A stretch of DNA of 64,000 nucleotides, taken from positions 512,001-576,000 of the forward strand of contig CAXXYE010000008.1 of the NCBI GenBank assembly GCA_963674865.2, given 5' to 3'. This document shows, piece after piece, positions 29,097-40,100 of the stretch. Numbering within the stretch: the stretch's first letter is position 1; each line of letters begins with the position of its first letter. This DNA comes from Candidatus Hydrogenedentota bacterium. Its GTDB lineage: Bacteria; Hydrogenedentota; Hydrogenedentia; Hydrogenedentales; SLHB01. The translations under genes and the position numbers were made by a program. The notes beneath the pieces were generated by a model. The model was not told the DNA's origin, made no database searches, and saw nothing but the letters and a program-made list of their open reading frames with translations.

Positions 29097-30446
29097 ATGA
29101 ACCATGCGGCGCCTAGGTTTTTGATCCTTTCAGTCGCTTCCCTGTTTCTCATCGTGGCATGCCAGGCCCACGCAGAGTCAGACAACGATTTCACGTCCCC
29201 CGTCACGACGCTCGAGCAGTTTCAGCAAGCCCGGGCTCTTGGCGACCAGGCCGATTCCTTCCAGGACAAGACGCGATACTGGCGACGTGCTCTTACTTGG
29301 CAATCCAACGATATCGAATGGCTCCATCTCGCCTGGCAGTTCGCCAACAGCCTAAAGGCGGAATGGCATCACACCGGTGGCCAAGGACACGGCCCGCGTC
29401 TCGATCACCCGTACTACCGCGAATCCGAATCCGTATATCGCGAGATTCTTGATCGCTTCGACCACATGGATCTGTACAGCAAGAACGGGGCCGACGCGAT
29501 TGAGGACGACTCTCTCTTGGTGGCCAATGCCGCATGCAATGGCTTGAATGACTATCCCCTCTTTCTCACCATGATGCAGGATTTCCACGACCGGCGCGTC
29601 AAGGAATGGCTGGATGAGCCGGCTCCCGTCAAACCGCAGACATCGGCGCTTCTCCTCGAATCAAGGTACAAGCGCTGGCCCTATGAACAGCGCGTCGCGG
29701 ACTGGCTGGAGCGCCGGAGCCGCGCTTGCGAAGGCCAGGTGTTCTCCCCAATCGAGCTCTTGTTGATAGACGGCGCCGTCAAGCGCTACGCATACCGCTG
29801 CCGTGAGGATAACGACGACAAGGATCCCGTGCCCGGCCTGGCCGATCTGGCGACTCGCTACACGGCTCCCGCCATCTCCTCGGCCATCCACAAATACGTG
29901 GAGGTCGAATCGCCGCCGTTTCCGCGGGCGCCCGTTGCCGCGGACAAAGTTGTTGAACTCACCCTTCTCACGTCGCACACCCTCGACAACAGATCCGTTG
30001 GCGCATCGAAACTCGACTTCGATACGGGCGCCGTCGTCGCAAATCCTATCCAGTGGTCCAGCCGCAGCCAGCAATCGCTCTGGATGAAGCGCGGAGGCAT
30101 CGACATTGAGGTCGACCATCCTTGGGACGACCTCATGAGGCTCATCGCCTTCGACCTCGAACTGATTGCGGTGCCGGGGGCATCCTGGAACGAGGGCGCT
30201 GCTTCCTGGGAGCAATTCAAGGCGTCTGAAATCAAGAAGGGTGTGTTGAGCAGTGCTCACCGCGGCGGCGGACAAATGGAATGCCGCATCCTCGCGAACA
30301 CCACCCTCCCCGCCACTTTCGCCTTCCGAACACGCGAAGGCGGTGTGGGCATTCTTCAACTCACCGAGATGAAAGAACGCTCCGAGCATGTGCGTGAATA
30401 CAGTGCGCGTTACCGCCTAGACAAGCCGGGCGAACTTGGCCCATAG
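29097..30446 (+). CDS. Hypothetical secreted protein
   Basis: 449-aa ORF with GGAGG RBS and signal peptide ending AHA. C-terminal 'LPATFAFRTREGGVGILQL'. Confidence 0.75.
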   Translation: MNHAAPRFLILSVASLFLIVACQAHAESDNDFTSPVTTLEQFQQARALGDQADSFQDKTRYWRRALTWQSNDIEWLHLAWQFANSLKAEWHHTGGQGHGPRLDHPYYRESESVYREILDRFDHMDLYSKNGADAIEDDSLLVANAACNGLNDYPLFLTMMQDFHDRRVKEWLDEPAPVKPQTSALLLESRYKRWPYEQRVADWLERRSRACEGQVFSPIELLLIDGAVKRYAYRCREDNDDKDPVPGLADLATRYTAPAISSAIHKYVEVESPPFPRAPVAADKVVELTLLTSHTLDNRSVGASKLDFDTGAVVANPIQWSSRSQQSLWMKRGGIDIEVDHPWDDLMRLIAFDLELIAVPGASWNEGAASWEQFKASEIKKGVLSSAHRGGGQMECRILANTTLPATFAFRTREGGVGILQLTEMKERSEHVREYSARYRLDKPGELGP

Positions 30447-30454
30447 CACGAGTG

Positions 30455-30501
30455 GCCGAACAAAGGCATCGAACTGCTCATCAGTCGCGGGGCCGTTCAC
30501 A
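30455..30501 (+). other. Degenerate attC-like site
   Basis: GCCGAACAAAGGCATCGAACTG…GCCGTTCAC begins 8 nt after the stop codon and resembles the start of the 29048 element. Confidence 0.35.
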
Positions 30502-30554
30502 GGCGACGAATAGAATCCTCGGAGGCGTGTATAAGAGAGCGTAGAGGAGGGCCG

Positions 30555-31445
30555 GTGCACATGGAGAAGGACAACACGGCCGTGGCGCCCGCGGAGCCAA
30601 TCGGACGACGCTGCCGAATGGTAGGCGTTGGCCTGGGCGTCAGCTATCTGCTGATGCCGACAGTTATGCTCAACCTCCGTCTCAGCAATGTCCTCTGGGC
30701 GCTCCTGAATGCGTGCTGTATCCCTGCGGGCCTTCTCGCCCTGGGATTTCTCGCCGCCTCGTTGTGGCGGGCCCCAGGCCGCGACTGGCGCGCAGCAGAT
30801 CGTGCCTTCGGCATCTTTCTTGTCACGGCCGCGGCCCTTATGATAGGCGCCCGAGTCTCTTCAAGTTGGACATCGAGTGCCCCTTTCTACACCGAGGCCA
30901 CTCAGCGGCTGATGTTTGCCAGATGGCTTCTGGGGCTCCTACTCGTCCTGTCAGGCGCCGGCCTGCTCTTCACGCGTTATTCCTTGGCCTCCATTCCCCT
31001 GGGCCTCTTGGCGGCTCTGATGCTGCTATCCCATTTCAGTCCTATCAAACCGGATCACCCGGACTACCTAAAGAGACGCGAGCAAGCCGCCCGCATGGAG
31101 CCTTTCGACCAGGCCGTAGACGACACCTTCTGGGAAGCTTACTCGTTCACACGAGATCCGGAAGCCGTGGCCGCACTCGTCGGTGGCCTGCCTCCGGAGG
31201 CGCGAGCCGCCCTTTCCGACGTATTGGGGGAGGAGGCAGTCCAGGCCCTTCTCGAACGCGGCGACGACCGTGTCTTTCTACAGATCTTCCGCCCCGGCAT
31301 CCGGCGCGATGAAGACGGCGGCTTCGTTGGCGCTTCACCCGCACTGCGCCCCGGTATCAGAGTTATTGCTCCCGGGAACCGCCTGCTCTTTCTTGTCGTC
31401 TTGGCCTACGCGTTGACTCGATCCGTCATGGCTAGGCGGTCGTAA
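30555..31445 (+). CDS. Hypothetical multi-pass membrane protein
   Basis: 296-aa ORF with GGAGG RBS and about six hydrophobic segments. Confidence 0.7.
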   Translation: MHMEKDNTAVAPAEPIGRRCRMVGVGLGVSYLLMPTVMLNLRLSNVLWALLNACCIPAGLLALGFLAASLWRAPGRDWRAADRAFGIFLVTAAALMIGARVSSSWTSSAPFYTEATQRLMFARWLLGLLLVLSGAGLLFTRYSLASIPLGLLAALMLLSHFSPIKPDHPDYLKRREQAARMEPFDQAVDDTFWEAYSFTRDPEAVAALVGGLPPEARAALSDVLGEEAVQALLERGDDRVFLQIFRPGIRRDEDGGFVGASPALRPGIRVIAPGNRLLFLVVLAYALTRSVMARRS

Positions 31446-31532
31446 GAACAGAGTACGGCGACGCTGAGGACGTTTGGGGGCCGTTTCCCGGCGCTCTTGC
31501 GGCCTACCTGGCAGTATTGGCTAGCCGAGGCG

Positions 31533-31561
31533 TTGACCTCTTCTGGGACAAGGCGTAGTGT
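31533..31561 (+). promoter_or_regulatory. Sigma70-type promoter in duplicated module, copy B
   Basis: TTGACC-N17-TAGTGT. Spacer and flanks are homologous to 28801-28829. Confidence 0.6.
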
Positions 31562-31712
31562 GGTTGCAGGACACGCCTAGTGCGGTTGTGAGCAGGCCTG
31601 CACGGGGAATCCGGGGAGAGAGATCGACGACGGTTTCCGTATTCGACAAGGCGCGTGGAGCATGTTCACGTGTCAGCGGCGGGGCCTGTGGATATGTCTT
31701 TGGAGCGGAATT

Positions 31713-32564
31713 ATGCTGACACAACAGTTGATGGCACGTTCTCTTGTTCTCGTGTTGATGCTCACGGCCTTCTCGTGTCGGAATTCGGTGATCGATGAAG
31801 TCGCCGAATCACCGGAGGTCGCTCGAACGGCAGGAGCAGACTCAGGAGCGGCCGACCTCCGCGCCTCCTGCAAAGGCAACTTGGAGACGCTCGGGATTGC
31901 GCTTCAGATGTTCGGCAGTGAGAGCGACAATGGTGACTGGCCTGCGCTTGATCGACGGCCGGGTCGACTCTTTTTCAAGGCTGAAGACGTCTTCCCGACG
32001 TACGTGTCCGACGCGCGCTTGCTGGTGTGTCCCGCACAGGAGGCCGCCGCTCAGATGGCGGCCTCTGACGACGCTCGCGCCCTGTTTGACGACCAGAGCT
32101 ACTTCTACCTGGCCTATGCGATGTATGACGAGGAGATGGGCCTCGCCTTTCTTGAGGCATACCGCCGTGTCGTTGAGGACGGCGGCGATTTCAAGTGAGA
32201 CACATTGCCGCTTGCGGCGCCTACACGCAGTGGCGGCCACGACAGTCTCCGTCGGCTTACTCAGATGAATTCGCTGGCGGACGACATGTCGGTTCTGCAG
32301 ATTTACTACGGGCCGGATACCGAACTCGCGTTCTCGAAGATACCTGTTATAGTCGAGCGGCCCGGGCACCACCAGCCGATGGGAGGCCACGTGCTCTACC
32401 TGGACGGCCACGTTGAGTATCTCAGGTATCCTGGCAAGTTCCCCATGAGCAAGAGCTTCATCGAGGGCCTGTACGAACTCGATGCCCTGGGCCGAAAACC
32501 CCCGAGGCCGGAAAACCTGGATGGGCGTTCCCGTGAGGATGACGCGGAAAGCGCAAAGGGCTGA
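31713..32564 (+). pseudogene. DUF1559/H-X9-DG-type lipoprotein interrupted by an in-frame TGA (32196-32198)
   Basis: Lipobox-like LTAFSC, 'RASCKGNL…', 'VCP', 'SYFYL'. The same frame continues after the TGA to 'HHQPMGGHVLYLDGHVE'. Confidence 0.7.
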
Positions 32565-32641
32565 GGAGATCGCGGGAGGCATCGTACGGGCCGCGGCGTT
32601 TATCCGCCGACTGTTGGCGCGAAAAAGAGAGAGGAAACACA

Positions 32642-32971
32642 ATGCTCAAGGATGTGGATGGATGGGCGACACTTCTTTGGCTTTTGCTCCCGTTTCTGGC
32701 CTTTTCCTGCGCAAGACCTGGAGAGAAGAGCACGCTGCATATCAAGTTCTTACTTGCCACTTCACCAGGAATTCTTGTGTTCATGATAGCCTACGCTCTG
32801 GTTCGTACAGACGATGCCTGGTGTTTTGCATGGGGCGTAGCGGGCGCAACCCTCGCGGCGCCCGTCGTAGTGGTGACCGCCGCAAGACTTACGGCACTAC
32901 TCGTCGTCACACGAATCAGGAACGACGCGCTCCAGCGCGACATGGACGCACAAGGGCACGTCCTTTCCTGA
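32642..32971 (+). CDS. Small hypothetical membrane protein
   Basis: 109 aa, three hydrophobic segments, GAGG RBS. Confidence 0.6.
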   Translation: MLKDVDGWATLLWLLLPFLAFSCARPGEKSTLHIKFLLATSPGILVFMIAYALVRTDDAWCFAWGVAGATLAAPVVVVTAARLTALLVVTRIRNDALQRDMDAQGHVLS

Positions 32972-32993
32972 GCAGCCGGCAGAATCTGCCCGA

Positions 32994-33929
32994 TTACGGG
33001 CCTTTGTGCAGGAAGTGGGTGAGGGAGGGGCCGTTGGCGAGGGCGATGGCCAGAATACCGCAGGCGAGCGTCGCATACCACGCGCGGGTGCGGGCCTCGC
33101 GGAAGAGCACCGAGGCGAGGAGCGCCGTGAACAGGATCGAGGCGACGCTGTTGACGGTGAAGGCCACGGCCGCGGGCAGCACGGCGCACCGGCTCAGCAT
33201 CGACAATCCAAGCACGGATCCGGTGGACGTGACCACCCCAAGGAGCGCCGCCCGGCGCACGGAGGCCGGCCGGCTCCGCGTCAATGCCACGTCGGCAAGG
33301 ACGCACGCTTCGAGCGCCGCGAAGAAGAGGGCGAAATAGGTGTCGGTGAACCGTTCGAGGTACGTCACGCCGTGGGCGTCCGCGTGCATCGACATTTCCT
33401 TGAGCGATATCCCGGGGATCCCGTTCAGGACGAGAATGGCGATCAGGACGGCGCCGTACTTGAACGGCTTCACGGGTGTCGGCATCGCTCCGCCCGCTGA
33501 GCTTGCCCCCTGGGCCTTGGCGGCCAGCATAACGCTCGCCATGGCGACCGCCGTCGCGGCGGCGTGCAATCCGGTGAAGGCTTCGCCAAGCACCACGCTT
33601 GCGTAGGCGATCACCGGGATGAAACTCAGCATCGTGGCGCACCAAAGCGGCGAGAGTGGCCCCAGCTTTAGCGCCACCTTCATCAGCCGTGTGATGCCGT
33701 ATTGCGATACGCCCGTCACCATGGCCAGGATGATGATCTGGTTCGGAATGCCCCCTGAGGCGGATCCCCACCCCCGGACGCCGAAGAAAACCAATCCCGC
33801 CAGCGCGGTGATCACCGTGATGTGCAGCGGCTCTATGCCGCGGGCCATGCCAAAGCGGAAGGACACGCCGATAAGGGAGAAACACATCCCGGAGAGCGTG
33901 GCCAGGAGGACAAGGGAACCTTCATTCAT
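32994..33929 (-). CDS. DMT/EamA-like transporter
   Basis: About ten TM helices in two repeats, with 'LKLGPLS', 'VLGE' and 'LFRE'. Confidence 0.75.
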   Translation of the reverse strand: MNEGSLVLLATLSGMCFSLIGVSFRFGMARGIEPLHITVITALAGLVFFGVRGWGSASGGIPNQIIILAMVTGVSQYGITRLMKVALKLGPLSPLWCATMLSFIPVIAYASVVLGEAFTGLHAAATAVAMASVMLAAKAQGASSAGGAMPTPVKPFKYGAVLIAILVLNGIPGISLKEMSMHADAHGVTYLERFTDTYFALFFAALEACVLADVALTRSRPASVRRAALLGVVTSTGSVLGLSMLSRCAVLPAAVAFTVNSVASILFTALLASVLFREARTRAWYATLACGILAIALANGPSLTHFLHKGP

Positions 33930-34081
33930 GGCTTATTCCTGATGATTACCCCGCGAAAATCAGCGCCTTATACGCGTTTCCCACGCCAGGATCAAGTAGC
34001 CATCTGCGGCCTTGGCGAAACGCCGCCTGATCAGGTATGGTAGACGCACGGTTACCTCGGCCCATAAGAGGAGATTCGGCC

Positions 34082-34390
34082 ATGGTCTTCGTCATCGCAA
34101 CCATCTACGTGGAATCGGGAAAGCGCGAGGCCTTTCTCGAAATCTTCAACCGGAACGTCCCGAACGTGAGAGCCGAGGAAGGCTGCATCGCTTACACACC
34201 GACCGTTGACGTGGAATCCGGCATTCCCATACAAGGCCCGGCCCGCGAGGATGTCGTGATCGTGGTCGAACAATGGGAAAGCCTCGACCACCTGCGGGCC
34301 CATCTCGCCACCCCGCACATGGCCGCTTACCAGGAGGAAGTGGCGGATATCGTCGAAAGAGTCGGCCTCCAAGTACTCACGCCTGCGTAG
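34082..34390 (+). CDS. Putative quinol monooxygenase (ABM/YgiN family)
   Basis: 'VRAEEGCIAY' and 'EQWESLDHLRAHLATPHM'. GAGGAG RBS. Confidence 0.88.
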   Translation: MVFVIATIYVESGKREAFLEIFNRNVPNVRAEEGCIAYTPTVDVESGIPIQGPAREDVVIVVEQWESLDHLRAHLATPHMAAYQEEVADIVERVGLQVLTPA

Positions 34391-34485
34391 CGAAGTAGCA
34401 GGAAGGCCGGAGGGGGCCCGAAGCGCGCGAATGACGATGGCAGTCGTGCGGGTGCTGTGCCATCACTCATCCGGGGGGGAGCCGT

Positions 34486-35373
34486 ATGAACCGTATTGCC
34501 CTCGAGTTCGCGAGTGGTGGCGCGTTCTTCTACGGGATCGTCTTGAGTGTAGTGGCGACTCTCCTCTCCGTTTTTCTAAGGCAGACACGACTCGGATCAG
34601 TCCTGTTTGTTGCCTCAATACTGGGCGCCATCGCTGTAGTGCTTTCGGCGACGCCGCTCCCGGTTTGGCTGTACATCCTGTGGTTTCTGACTCTGACTGC
34701 CGTGCACGTGTTGTTGGGCATTCAGAGAATGCGGCGCACCAGGACAACGTATGTTGTCGCCGCCCTCTTCGTCGTTCAGACACTTGGCATGTGCGCCCTT
34801 GAACTGCCGTATCACCTGAAGCCGTCCATTCCACTTCGCGGGGCCAAGACGCTTTACGTGGTCGGCGATAGCCTCTGCATCGGAGCCGGTGCACGCGAAC
34901 GCAACTGGCCGGAGCAGCTTGGTAGTCTGGCCGGCCTCGATGTCGTCAATCTGTCTTCCGGCGGCGCCAAGCTCAGTAGAGCGCTACATTGTCCGAGCAG
35001 AGTTACCGGGCCGGGCGCCGTAGTCGTCGTGGAGGTCGGCGGCAATGACATTTTGGACAGCACAGACCCGAAAGCGTTTGAAGAGCGCCTCGAGCGCCTG
35101 CTGGACGGGCTGTGTCGGCCCGGCCGTCTCGTCATCATGCTCGAACTGCCCTTGCCTCCCCTTCACAACAAATACGGCGAGATTCAGAGGCGGCTGGCCC
35201 GGGCACAAGGGGTGAGCCTGATTCCCAAGCGATGTTTGACGGGAGTCCTCGGTACGCCGGGGGCCACAGTGGACGGCCTGCATCTTTCTGATACGGGCCA
35301 GGCGCTTATGGCGGAGAGCATTGGGGCCCTGTTCGATGTGGGTGCCGCGCCAAGTGCGACATCCCAGGACTAG
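34486..35373 (+). CDS. Membrane-anchored SGNH/GDSL hydrolase
   Basis: Four N-terminal TM helices, then GDSL, 'GGND' and 'DGLH' blocks. Confidence 0.88.
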   Translation: MNRIALEFASGGAFFYGIVLSVVATLLSVFLRQTRLGSVLFVASILGAIAVVLSATPLPVWLYILWFLTLTAVHVLLGIQRMRRTRTTYVVAALFVVQTLGMCALELPYHLKPSIPLRGAKTLYVVGDSLCIGAGARERNWPEQLGSLAGLDVVNLSSGGAKLSRALHCPSRVTGPGAVVVVEVGGNDILDSTDPKAFEERLERLLDGLCRPGRLVIMLELPLPPLHNKYGEIQRRLARAQGVSLIPKRCLTGVLGTPGATVDGLHLSDTGQALMAESIGALFDVGAAPSATSQD

Positions 35374-35388
35374 AGCCGTGGCCCAAGC

Positions 35389-37113
35389 CTAATCTTCAGG
35401 TAGGTCAAACTCCACGCCCTGAAGGGGGTAGCCGTCTTTATCAAAGAAGCGGATGTTGAATCCCCATAGGCCCTTCTGGTTGATGTCCGTCACCACCAGA
35501 CGGCTCCGGCCCGCGGGAATGGTTACAGGCACTTTCTCCTCGAAAAGGTACTTATCCCGGTAACCTCTGCCGTGCCCGCGCTCTGGATACTCTGGGTGAT
35601 CAAAGACGATCTCGTCGTTGAGACGAACGACGATACCGTCATCCCAGCCGATGCCCATGATGCCTTCAACCGGCCGCTTCGCAATGATATCCGCGGCGCA
35701 ATGAGCCGAGGCGAAGTGGGTGGCGCGCCAGTCGAACGCCTGCAACAGACTCACGCCGCCCGTGGGCTCAAGCGCGTCGAACTGGAACCATCGAAGGGCG
35801 CCGTCGCGGCCGTGCCAGACGTCCGTCTGCTGCGGCGGAAGCAAGGCCGCCTCCGGCGCCGTATAGGCCGGCTCCGTGAAGGGGTTGCTCAACGGGCCCA
35901 GCACGAGCCATGCGCCGGGCGTACCGAGGCGGGAGCAGAACTCGGCCGGGGAGAGTTTGCCTTTGTCGAGCCGCCGCGCTTCGGCGAGCAATGTCTCTAC
36001 GCGCGGGGAGGGATCTATCTGCCGATCGGCCAGTATCGCCTGCCAGCCTGCAATCGCCTCGTCCGCGCCATCGAACGCCGGTTTCCGAAGGCCGTATTTC
36101 TCGCCCAGTTCCGGTGTGTATTGGTACCAAATGGGTTGGCCTGAATAGCACCAGATGTACCGCTTGGCCAGGCTCTTCAGGATGGCCATCTGATCGCGGA
36201 GTTCGCCGAGTTCCTGTGCCCAAGGCTGCACCGGATAGTTCTTGCCGCCCGTCTCGACCATGTGCAGCGGCCATGCGCCCGGCGCGACGGTGCACCGCCG
36301 TTTCCAGTAGTCGAGCGTCTCTCCCGACAACAGGGCGTGCGCCTCGAGGTCGCCCGAACGGCAGATGGCCACCTGCGTCACGGGGTACTCATAGAGCGTA
36401 TACGCGCGTTCGGTGGCGATGTGGAATCCGCCGGGCGCATCGCGCTCCGCCATCACGTCGATCAGTCCGAGCTGGAATTCGCGCTCGATGGGACGGCTTC
36501 GGAAAGAGCCGGGCAACACGAAGATCACGGCCTCGGGGAAGGCATCGAGGAGCGCGGACATCACGGTGCGCCCCTGCGTCCGCGACGCGCTCATCAAGTC
36601 CTGGACGGTGTAGCCTTCGTACGTGTAGATCTCGTTGTCGACTTCATAACGCGGATAGGGATATTCCACGTCGATGCTCACGCCGCGGAAGCCAAGCTCC
36701 TTGGCTGCGCGCCCGACAACGCCGAAATACGCCGCCATCTTCCCCGCGTAGTTCTTGGATAGGAGCGTTGGCGCCGAGGGCCAGTCGCCATTGCTGGAGA
36801 AATGCACGCCGAGGAGGTTTTCCGTAGCGCCCGCGGCGCGCAGATGCGCGATGTTCTCCCGCACGAGGCGTTTCCACTCACTCTCAGGCGCCTGCCCGCC
36901 CGGCGTGCCCAGGCGCTGATCGACGCCGTCGTCCCAACTGCCGACCACGAAGTACAAACCGTCGAGAATGTGCGCCACGTCCTCGGCATGATCGTTGAAG
37001 TAGGCGTTGGGTTGTCCCTGGTAGGCGATAGTCTTGGGCACGAGTTCTTCCGCCTCCGTCGTTCCGGCCAAGACCGCCATCAACGCAACACTTATCCAGA
37101 AACAATGCTTCAT
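35389..37113 (-). CDS. Secreted hypothetical protein (GH-like barrel plus PA14-like C-terminal domain)
   Basis: Signal peptide, 'GFRGVSIDVEY' and 'WLVLGP…WDDGIVVRLND'. AAGGAG RBS. Confidence 0.7.
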   Translation of the reverse strand: MKHCFWISVALMAVLAGTTEAEELVPKTIAYQGQPNAYFNDHAEDVAHILDGLYFVVGSWDDGVDQRLGTPGGQAPESEWKRLVRENIAHLRAAGATENLLGVHFSSNGDWPSAPTLLSKNYAGKMAAYFGVVGRAAKELGFRGVSIDVEYPYPRYEVDNEIYTYEGYTVQDLMSASRTQGRTVMSALLDAFPEAVIFVLPGSFRSRPIEREFQLGLIDVMAERDAPGGFHIATERAYTLYEYPVTQVAICRSGDLEAHALLSGETLDYWKRRCTVAPGAWPLHMVETGGKNYPVQPWAQELGELRDQMAILKSLAKRYIWCYSGQPIWYQYTPELGEKYGLRKPAFDGADEAIAGWQAILADRQIDPSPRVETLLAEARRLDKGKLSPAEFCSRLGTPGAWLVLGPLSNPFTEPAYTAPEAALLPPQQTDVWHGRDGALRWFQFDALEPTGGVSLLQAFDWRATHFASAHCAADIIAKRPVEGIMGIGWDDGIVVRLNDEIVFDHPEYPERGHGRGYRDKYLFEEKVPVTIPAGRSRLVVTDINQKGLWGFNIRFFDKDGYPLQGVEFDLPED

Positions 37114-37135
37114 AACTCGTCTTCTCCTTCCGTTC

Positions 37136-40100
37136 CTATTCGCCAAGCGCCAGTGTCAGCGCCGCGATACGCGTCCGGTGCGCCTGGAGCATACGCACGT
37201 CCTCCCGTGTGTGCCAAATGCGCCGATCCCCCTCTTTGAGAAAATCCCGGCTCTCGACGAAGGCCTCATCCGACAGCTCCATCATGTCGGTACACGCAAT
37301 GCGCAGTTCCGCCTCCGCTTGGGCGACAAGCGCCCTTTTGCCGTCGATGCCGCGAGACGTCTCGATGTGTTCGCTGAGCAGCATCAGCGCGGCCACATCT
37401 TCGAGTCCGTCCCGTACCGCCTCCCAACGCACGCTCGGCACGGGCATTGTCCCTGGATATACCAGGGCATACTCGTCGTCCGTGGTTGTCCCCGGATACC
37501 ATTGGTTCACGGACGTTGTACTGTAGGTCCAGTGGCCGATGCCGTCGAGGCCGAAGTAGTAAGCGCGCCACGCGTTGGCCCGGTTGTACCGCAGCGGCGA
37601 AAGCGACTTCACCTGGGCCACGCATTCGTACGACCACACCGGCTTACCGCTAGCCATGATGCGCTCGATGCGGGGATCGTCGACAAGCAGTCCGGTGACG
37701 AGCCGCATGTTGGGGCACCACACATCCACGAGCGGCTCGACGCGCTGGAAGTCCTTCCAGGACAGTCCCGGAACGGGATCGGTGTAGACGCGGAAACGGG
37801 GGTCCGCTTCTCGGAAGAGGCCCGCCGCGTCCGCGAGAGCCGGCACGCGCTCTCCGTAGTGCAATCCCGGCTCGTCCGTGGGATAGAAGGCATATCGATC
37901 ATACGTCCAGCCGCGTTTGCCGAGGTAATCTCGGAAAGCGTGAAGGTACTCAATCTGAAGTCGCCGCCGCTCGTCGGCGCCAACCGTTTTGGGGAGAGTG
38001 ATCAATGGCTGTGAGATCTGGAACAGAATCGTGCCGCGTCCATCGAGCCGCTCGAGTTCCGCATCCAGCTTGGTCCAGTCCATGGCCAGCCGCCCGTTGG
38101 CGTCCATTTCGGCGGAGGGGATGCTCGAGCGGGGAAACACGTTCACACCGTGCCGGCCCATATCATCGAGAATCCTCGGGATGCGCTCCGCAAACCAGTT
38201 GTTGGGCAGGTAGTCCCAAGTGCACACCGTCAGCGGGAAACGCCGAGGCATCTCGATGTCCGCGACGCGAATCGTCAAGTCCAGCTCGACCTCGTCGAAT
38301 TCCTTGTGCAAAGGATGCACCGTGAGCGATCCGCGGTAGTCGCCCGGCTCCGCGCCGCGCGCGTCTACACTCACCCATACCTTGGCCGCCCGTGCGGGGG
38401 GAATCGTTACCAGGCCCGCCGGGCCCAGTGCGGGAAGGGCGTCGCCGACGCGTTCCCCGTTCACCGTGCCCGTCATGACGACTTCGCGTAGGAGAAGGCC
38501 GCCGGCGAAGAGTGTGCCGTCTTCCCTCGCCGGTTTCTGGATGCTCACCCGCGCGCGCAGACTCGTCTCCTCGGAGGAGGCGATTACCAAAGCGCCCTGC
38601 CCCACTTCGCCCTCGTAAACGGGGCCGACCACAACGCCCTGCTCTTCGTCCGGTTCGTCGAGGCAACGGCAAGGGTGCAAGCATGTATCGTCGAAGGTTG
38701 CGTAGGCCGGCGTACTCCAGACGCGCGTCCGGGGCGGCCCGGCGTCCGGCGGCGCGGCGATGGGCGCCGTCCTCTCCGCGAGGATGCTTCCGTTTGGATC
38801 GCGAACTACCGCAAACCATTTCGCCGCGGCGTCCCTGGGCGTCTTCGGCAGCGAAACTTCGATCCGCGAACGCGCGGACACCTGGCCCCTGATGAGCCGC
38901 CGGCCCGCTTCATCCACGGTTCCCGAATTCACGCTGAGAAGCGCGCCGCTGGGATTGTCAACGAGTAGACTTGCCGGCACACAAGGCGGTTCGCCGCCCG
39001 AGAAAGCCGCCGTCACGCCCTTTGCTTGCGGAGCGGCGCCATAGATCGGCGCCGGAGGGCCGGGATTGAACCGATGCGCCACGAGTGCGGAGCTGACGAG
39101 CAAGAGGCTTTCGGCGCCTGCCTCCACTGGGAGGGCCAGCGGAAAGGCGTTCATGCCGCTGCTCACGCGCAATTCGTCCACCAACTCGCCGTCGTGGCTG
39201 AAGACGTACGCCTTCTGGCGATACGTGGCGACGACAATCTCTTTGTCGCCGTCGCCGTCGGCGTCAAGCACAAGGGGCCGCGCCCGAGTCTTCGCCCGGT
39301 ACACGTGCGTCCAGAGAGGACGCCCTTCGGCGTCGAAGGCGTAGAGATTGCCCCAAAGGCCGGCACATAGTATGAGGGGCTGCCCGTCCTCCCGCGGCAA
39401 GAACGCAATGGTGGCGTCCATGTCCTCGCCAATCGCCGTTTGCCAGAGGACCTCCCCTTGAAGGTTCAGCCCGAAGAGCGAACCCGCTCCCGCGCCGCAG
39501 ACGATCAGACGTTTCTCGCCCAGCGAGAGGACTTCCGGGCGTGCAAGCATCTGCCCGCCCAAGTCCCGCCGCCAGAGGACTGTCCCCGCCGTGTCCAGGC
39601 AGCAGAGGACGTTCCCCGCCGGCACGAGCAGTGCCGGGGAGCCGTCGTCAAGCGCGAACGTCTGCGCGATGGTTAGGCACGGTCCCTCGTCCAGTTTCAT
39701 CGCCCACCGAACGCCGCCCGCCGAGTCCAAGCAGGTAATCGTGCCCGAACGATCGGCAATACACCATGCCGGCCCGTCCTTTGTCTCGAGAATGACAGGC
39801 ACTGCCCGCGACCACGTCGTCTCGTCCGGGAGCTGATACGTCCATGCCTGGGTGAAGTCGTTGTTCAGCGCGACGAGGAGTCCCTCCACGCTACCGAAGA
39901 GGTACTGGGCCTTGGAGCCTGATCCCATCGCCGAGGGGGAGGAGGTCCATCGGCCGTCCGGAAGCTGGGCGACGGCCCCGTCCTGTCCGGCGCCCATATC
40001 GCCTCCGTCGACATTCCAGAGCATCACCTGGCCGCCCAGGTTGACGGCAAGCAGCTCGACTGCGCCGTCGTCGTTCGAGTCGACGAGCGAGGGCGCGGCC

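Noticed and set aside
32196..32198. Alternative genetic code (UGA reassigned)
   Set aside because: Many well-formed genes here end in TGA (e.g. at 2175, 7282, 28720), so UGA is a stop.
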